Part shown: one piece after another, positions 60,260 to 64,000 of the stretch
How positions within the stretch are numbered: position 1 is the stretch's first letter
Layout: every line of letters begins with the position of its first letter
From: Gracilinanus agilis
Lineage: Eukaryota
DNA length: 64,000 nucleotides
Direction: 5' to 3'
Assembly (NCBI RefSeq): GCF_016433145.1
Contig: NC_058134.1
Location: 284,072,818-284,136,817 of the forward strand
Translations under genes and position numbers: made by a program
Notes under the pieces: model-generated
Told to the model about the DNA's origin: nothing
Database searches by the model: none
What the model saw: the letters and a program-made list of their open reading frames with translations, nothing else

Positions 60260-63200
60260 ATAGGGTTAAAGTGCTTGGCCTAGAGTCAGGAAAACTCATC
60301 TTCCTGAATTCATATCTGCCCTCTCATATTTACTAGTTGTGATATTCTGAGCAAGTTACTTAAACTTTTTTGCCTTAGTTACCTTATTCATAAATGAGCT
60401 AGAGAAGGAAATGGCAAACCACTCTAGTGTTTTTGCTAAGAAAATCTCAAATGGGGATATAAAGTGTTAGATATAACTAAAAGGGGCCAAACTATAAAAA
60501 AAATTCAGCTATGGCTCAGTGAGAGCACTGGGCATCTTACTAGACTTGATTTCAAATCCAGTGTCAGACACTTCTGTTACTTGACTATTCTAGTATCCTC
60601 GTCCCCAAAACACTCCATGAAGAGTTAGACACAACTAAGTGACTGAATAACAGTAATTAAACTCTATAATTATTCTTTGTACTTCAACAGACTGATAAAA
60701 TACTGTATATATTTTATGGTTATCTTGAATGCAGCTTCCCTTTCTATTATTGTATCTTTCATTTTTTTATTTATATAAAATGTTTATTTTGGTTTATTTT
60801 TTATTTTTCCTTCTCTGAAGCTATTATTTACCTCATGTTCTTTGCTTATTCCCTAAGGTTTTCTATGCTAGTTTTCTATCCTTTTTGTTTATCTTTATGC
60901 TTAAAATTTTAAAATTGAATTTATAGAACTATTTCAAATCACAGAAGGGAAAGGTAAAATTATTTATTTGCTCCTTAGTAAATATTCTAGTATATCACCA
61001 TGCTTAACTATAGTTTTAGATAGATGCTTTTAAAATCATATAAAAAGATAAATATTTAGTTATTCTTAGCTTTTTAAAAAAGCATAAATGAGTATTGTAC
61101 TTTGTCAAAGGTTTTTACTGCTTTTTTTGAGTCAATCATCTAGTTTAGGACATTTTTGCCTTTAATATGATTAATTATGTTTATTTTTTTCTTAATGTTG
61201 AACAGTATAATATAACTCGGTTATGACTTTTGGAATATATTCCTCTATTCTTTTTGACAGGATTTTATTAAAAAATTTGAATGTGTATTAGCAATATTGG
61301 TTAATTTTACCTCGTAATTACTATTTTTATTGCTTCATGGTCTTTAGTGGATGTGTTCAGTGTTAACATGTGATCAATTTTTGTTTAAATGCTATAGGTG
61401 TTAAAGTACTCATTTAGGAGTAACCATAAAGTCTTTAAACTCTAAATTATTTAATAATTTGTTCATTTTTATTTTCCTACATTTGTTTATCTTTTTATTA
61501 GATTTTATAACACTGAGAGAGGAACACTAAGGTTTCCTATCATGTTACTATGTCTTTTTACAGTTTGGTTATTTTTTTCTTATGAAATTAGCTATGGAAA
61601 AATCCATAAATAAAAAATAAAAATATAAAAAATATAAAAAATCCAAAAGGAGCATATAAACACCACATTAATATTCATCTGTGGTTCCTTTATGCTCTAT
61701 AATTTCCTTTTATATTTGCTTACTTCATGAATGTTTTTGATTTTCTCATAGAATGCAACCTATCATTTGTATTCTTAGTAGCTTTTTTGAATTTTTGATT
61801 TTTTTCTAGTTAGCAATAGATTGTAGGATTTTGGTTTTTATCCATTTTGTCACTCTTATTTATTTGATTTTTTTCAGTCCACTTGTATTTAAAGTCATGA
61901 AAATTAGGTGTTTTCCTCCATTTGTGTATCTAGAATTAAAAAAAATTGCTTCCTTTCCTCTTTAAGTTAATGCTTTGTCTCCACAATGTTTTTATTAATG
62001 TACTTTGATATAACCAAATTTCCATAGATTCTTTTCCAGATATTATTTTTCTCACCTCATTCATCAGTCTTTGACCTTTTCAGCACATATGCCCAATATT
62101 GGTATAATTGGGGAGAAGGTGATGAATAATCTATATTTTCTAGTATCATTCTGAATTATTTTCTGGAAAAGTTGTGCCATTTGACAGCTCCACCAATATG
62201 TGTGAATATGTTTGTCTTTGTGTAGTTCTATCACATTGCCCTTCTATAATTTTTGCCAACTTTCTAGATATGAGATGAGACTTTCAAGTGTTATAAAACT
62301 ATATTTCTTTAATTATTTTCAAAGTGAATAATTTTATGTGGTTTTTGATCAGTTGTATTTCTATTCCCCTTCTTAGTGGTTTTCACTGACAGTCTTACAA
62401 TTGGAATCTTGTCTTGGACCCTATAAAAAGATAAAGCATACTCTGTTCCATTATTTGTGCTGTTTTAAAGGAGGGTCCTATCTTACTGCATAGGAAATAC
62501 AAACAGAAAACATTTGAACCTGTATCAATAAAAAGGCTAGATATCACTGCACTATTCCCCCCAGGAAACTGCATTTGAGTTAGAGATGAACTCTTATCCT
62601 TCATAGAGCTCTACCTTACTGCAAAGACAGTCCTAAGATCATAGAATTATAGTATAACAGATTTAGAGGTGGAAGGAACATTATAGACTAATCCACCACC
62701 CATCTTACTCCCTTTATTAGGTGGTTAAGGGAAAATCATATATTCTATAGAAGGAAAATACATATAACATTGCTAGAAAGTGAATTTCCTTTCCATACAT
62801 TCTAAATAATCTGTATTCATTGCAGTGAATAATAAAGTATTTATTAAACATATTCTATGTACCAAGCATTGTGTTGAGAAATGGGAATATGAAAATATTT
62901 AAATAACATAAAATAGGATAGTCACTGGCACTTACATTTTAACCAAGGCAACACATATAGAGTAGTGGTGGCTAAGGAGGGATGTTTTGATGCTAAAAGT
63001 TAGAGATGGTAATTGAATCATAAGGGAACAGACTGAAACACTTGTTCCAAAGGTAAAGGTAGAATTGGCTTGATTATGGTTCCAGTCCTGAAAAATGATA
63101 GATAGCATAGTCCAGAGGATAAATATTGGATGTCAAAGAAGAGGTCCTGGGCTGAAATCTGACTTCCATTATTTACCAACTTGTATGAACTTGGAGAAGT

Positions 63201-63515
63201 GATTTTAAAAATCCTGTGCCTTAGTTTTTTAATCTACAAAGTAATGAGGTTGGACTTTGTGATCCCAAAGATCCATTGCCTTTCTTAATCTATGATCTGC
63301 CAGGGATGTAGAACAAATGGCAGAGGAAGTATTTGAATCTCTGTCTAACTCTAAGGGCAGCTCTCTATACTTTACTCTCATCTGTCTGATGATCTCATCC
63401 TTTTAAGCAGCTAATGGGTTAGGGACTTACCTGAAGTGGGCAGTGGAGACTGTGGGAAAGGTAAGTAAGGTACCAGAAAGCATCACAGATTCTGATAAAA
63501 AGAGAGTAGTGAAGA

Positions 63516-63519
<4 letters not shown>

Positions 63520-63566
<47 letters not shown>

Positions 63567-63582
63567 TCTCTCTCTCTCTCTC
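63520..63582. repeat. (TC)n microsatellite, one interruption
   Basis: Directly visible. Confidence 0.95.
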
Positions 63583-63799
63583 CCCTATTTTCACATATGT
63601 GTGGAGGTATATGTGTGTATGCACATGTTGGTATGCTTGTGTGTTTCTTCCTGCATAAGAAAACAAGCCATATTAATGTTTAAATCCATTGTCTAAAAAA
63701 TAGGATTAGCAAGACAAATTGCCAAGGGTTTCAGAATCCTGAATAGCTTTTCTTTCAACATTTGGCATCCTAAGTTTTAATTTTACCATTTGGCATCTT

Positions 63800-64000
63800 T
63801 TATTGCTTTGTGAGAATTGCAATCTTTTTAACTGAGTCCTTAAAAGCTTGTATGACTTGCTTGTTCCTCAGTGTATAAATAAAGGGGTTCATCACTGGGG
63901 CAACAGAGGTCATGAGAAGTGATACCACCTTATTCAAAGCCACCTTTTCTTTTGCAGAAGATTTGACATACATGAAGATGCAGCTGCCATAAGAGATGGA
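63800..64000 (-). CDS. Partial olfactory receptor (OR6C2-like), C-terminal 66 codons; the rest lies beyond the window
   Basis: Manual translation [66 protein letters not shown] (TAA 63802-63800); missed by the ORF track; intactness cannot be judged. Confidence 0.93.
   Translation of the reverse strand, partial: SISYGSCIFMYVKSSAKEKVALNKVVSLLMTSVAPVMNPFIYTLRNKQVIQAFKDSVKKIAILTKQ

Larger units (their letters stand above)
57840..62380 (-). mobile_element. Old degraded L1 with nested SINE1, LTR, hAT and MAR1 insertions
   Basis: T-rich antisense ORF2-like sequence resuming after each insertion; boundaries approximate. Confidence 0.65.

Noticed and set aside
1-64000. CRISPR arrays, operons, rRNA or other prokaryotic systems
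   Set aside because: No regularly spaced repeat-spacer arrays or rRNA-like sequence; the content is mammalian genomic DNA

Overview
Eukaryotic, AT-rich, CpG-depleted DNA from a marsupial. It is most likely a didelphid opossum such as Monodelphis, inferred from SINE1_Mdo-type SINEs, MAR1, L1_Mdo-type 3' ends and a BovB-like RTE. The window is part of an olfactory receptor family-6 (OR6C) cluster with every gene on the minus strand. It holds one truncated pseudogene (7988-8842), three full-length single-coding-exon genes (21053-21982, 28918-29850, 51893-52828) and the 3' end of a fifth gene cut by the window edge (63800-64000). The first three genes are an old tandem triplication. Each unit repeats L2 / OR CDS / tandem splice acceptors / intronic L3 / a conserved block about 3 kb upstream carrying a splice donor plus O/E (EBF)-like and homeodomain motifs, read here as the 5' non-coding exon and promoter. 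The rest is transposon-derived: L1, L2, L3, MIR/MAR1/SINE1, BovB, solo LTRs and at least four families of short hAT elements with 8-bp TSDs. I found no clearly new gene system. The best leads are: (1) a 70-bp inverted repeat (65/70 identical) bracketing the putative promoter and first exon of one OR; (2) a Cys->Lys change in the [10 protein letters not shown] motif shared by two paralogues, one still intact; (3) a degenerate Penelope-like reverse transcriptase remnant; (4) a self-compensating frameshift and A-tail-capped truncation in the pseudogene. There is one probable assembly artefact, a duplication across the N at 39259. Most short ORFs in the supplied track are noise, many starting at TTG/GTG. 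Repeat family names and approximate boundaries come from visual recognition, not a database search.
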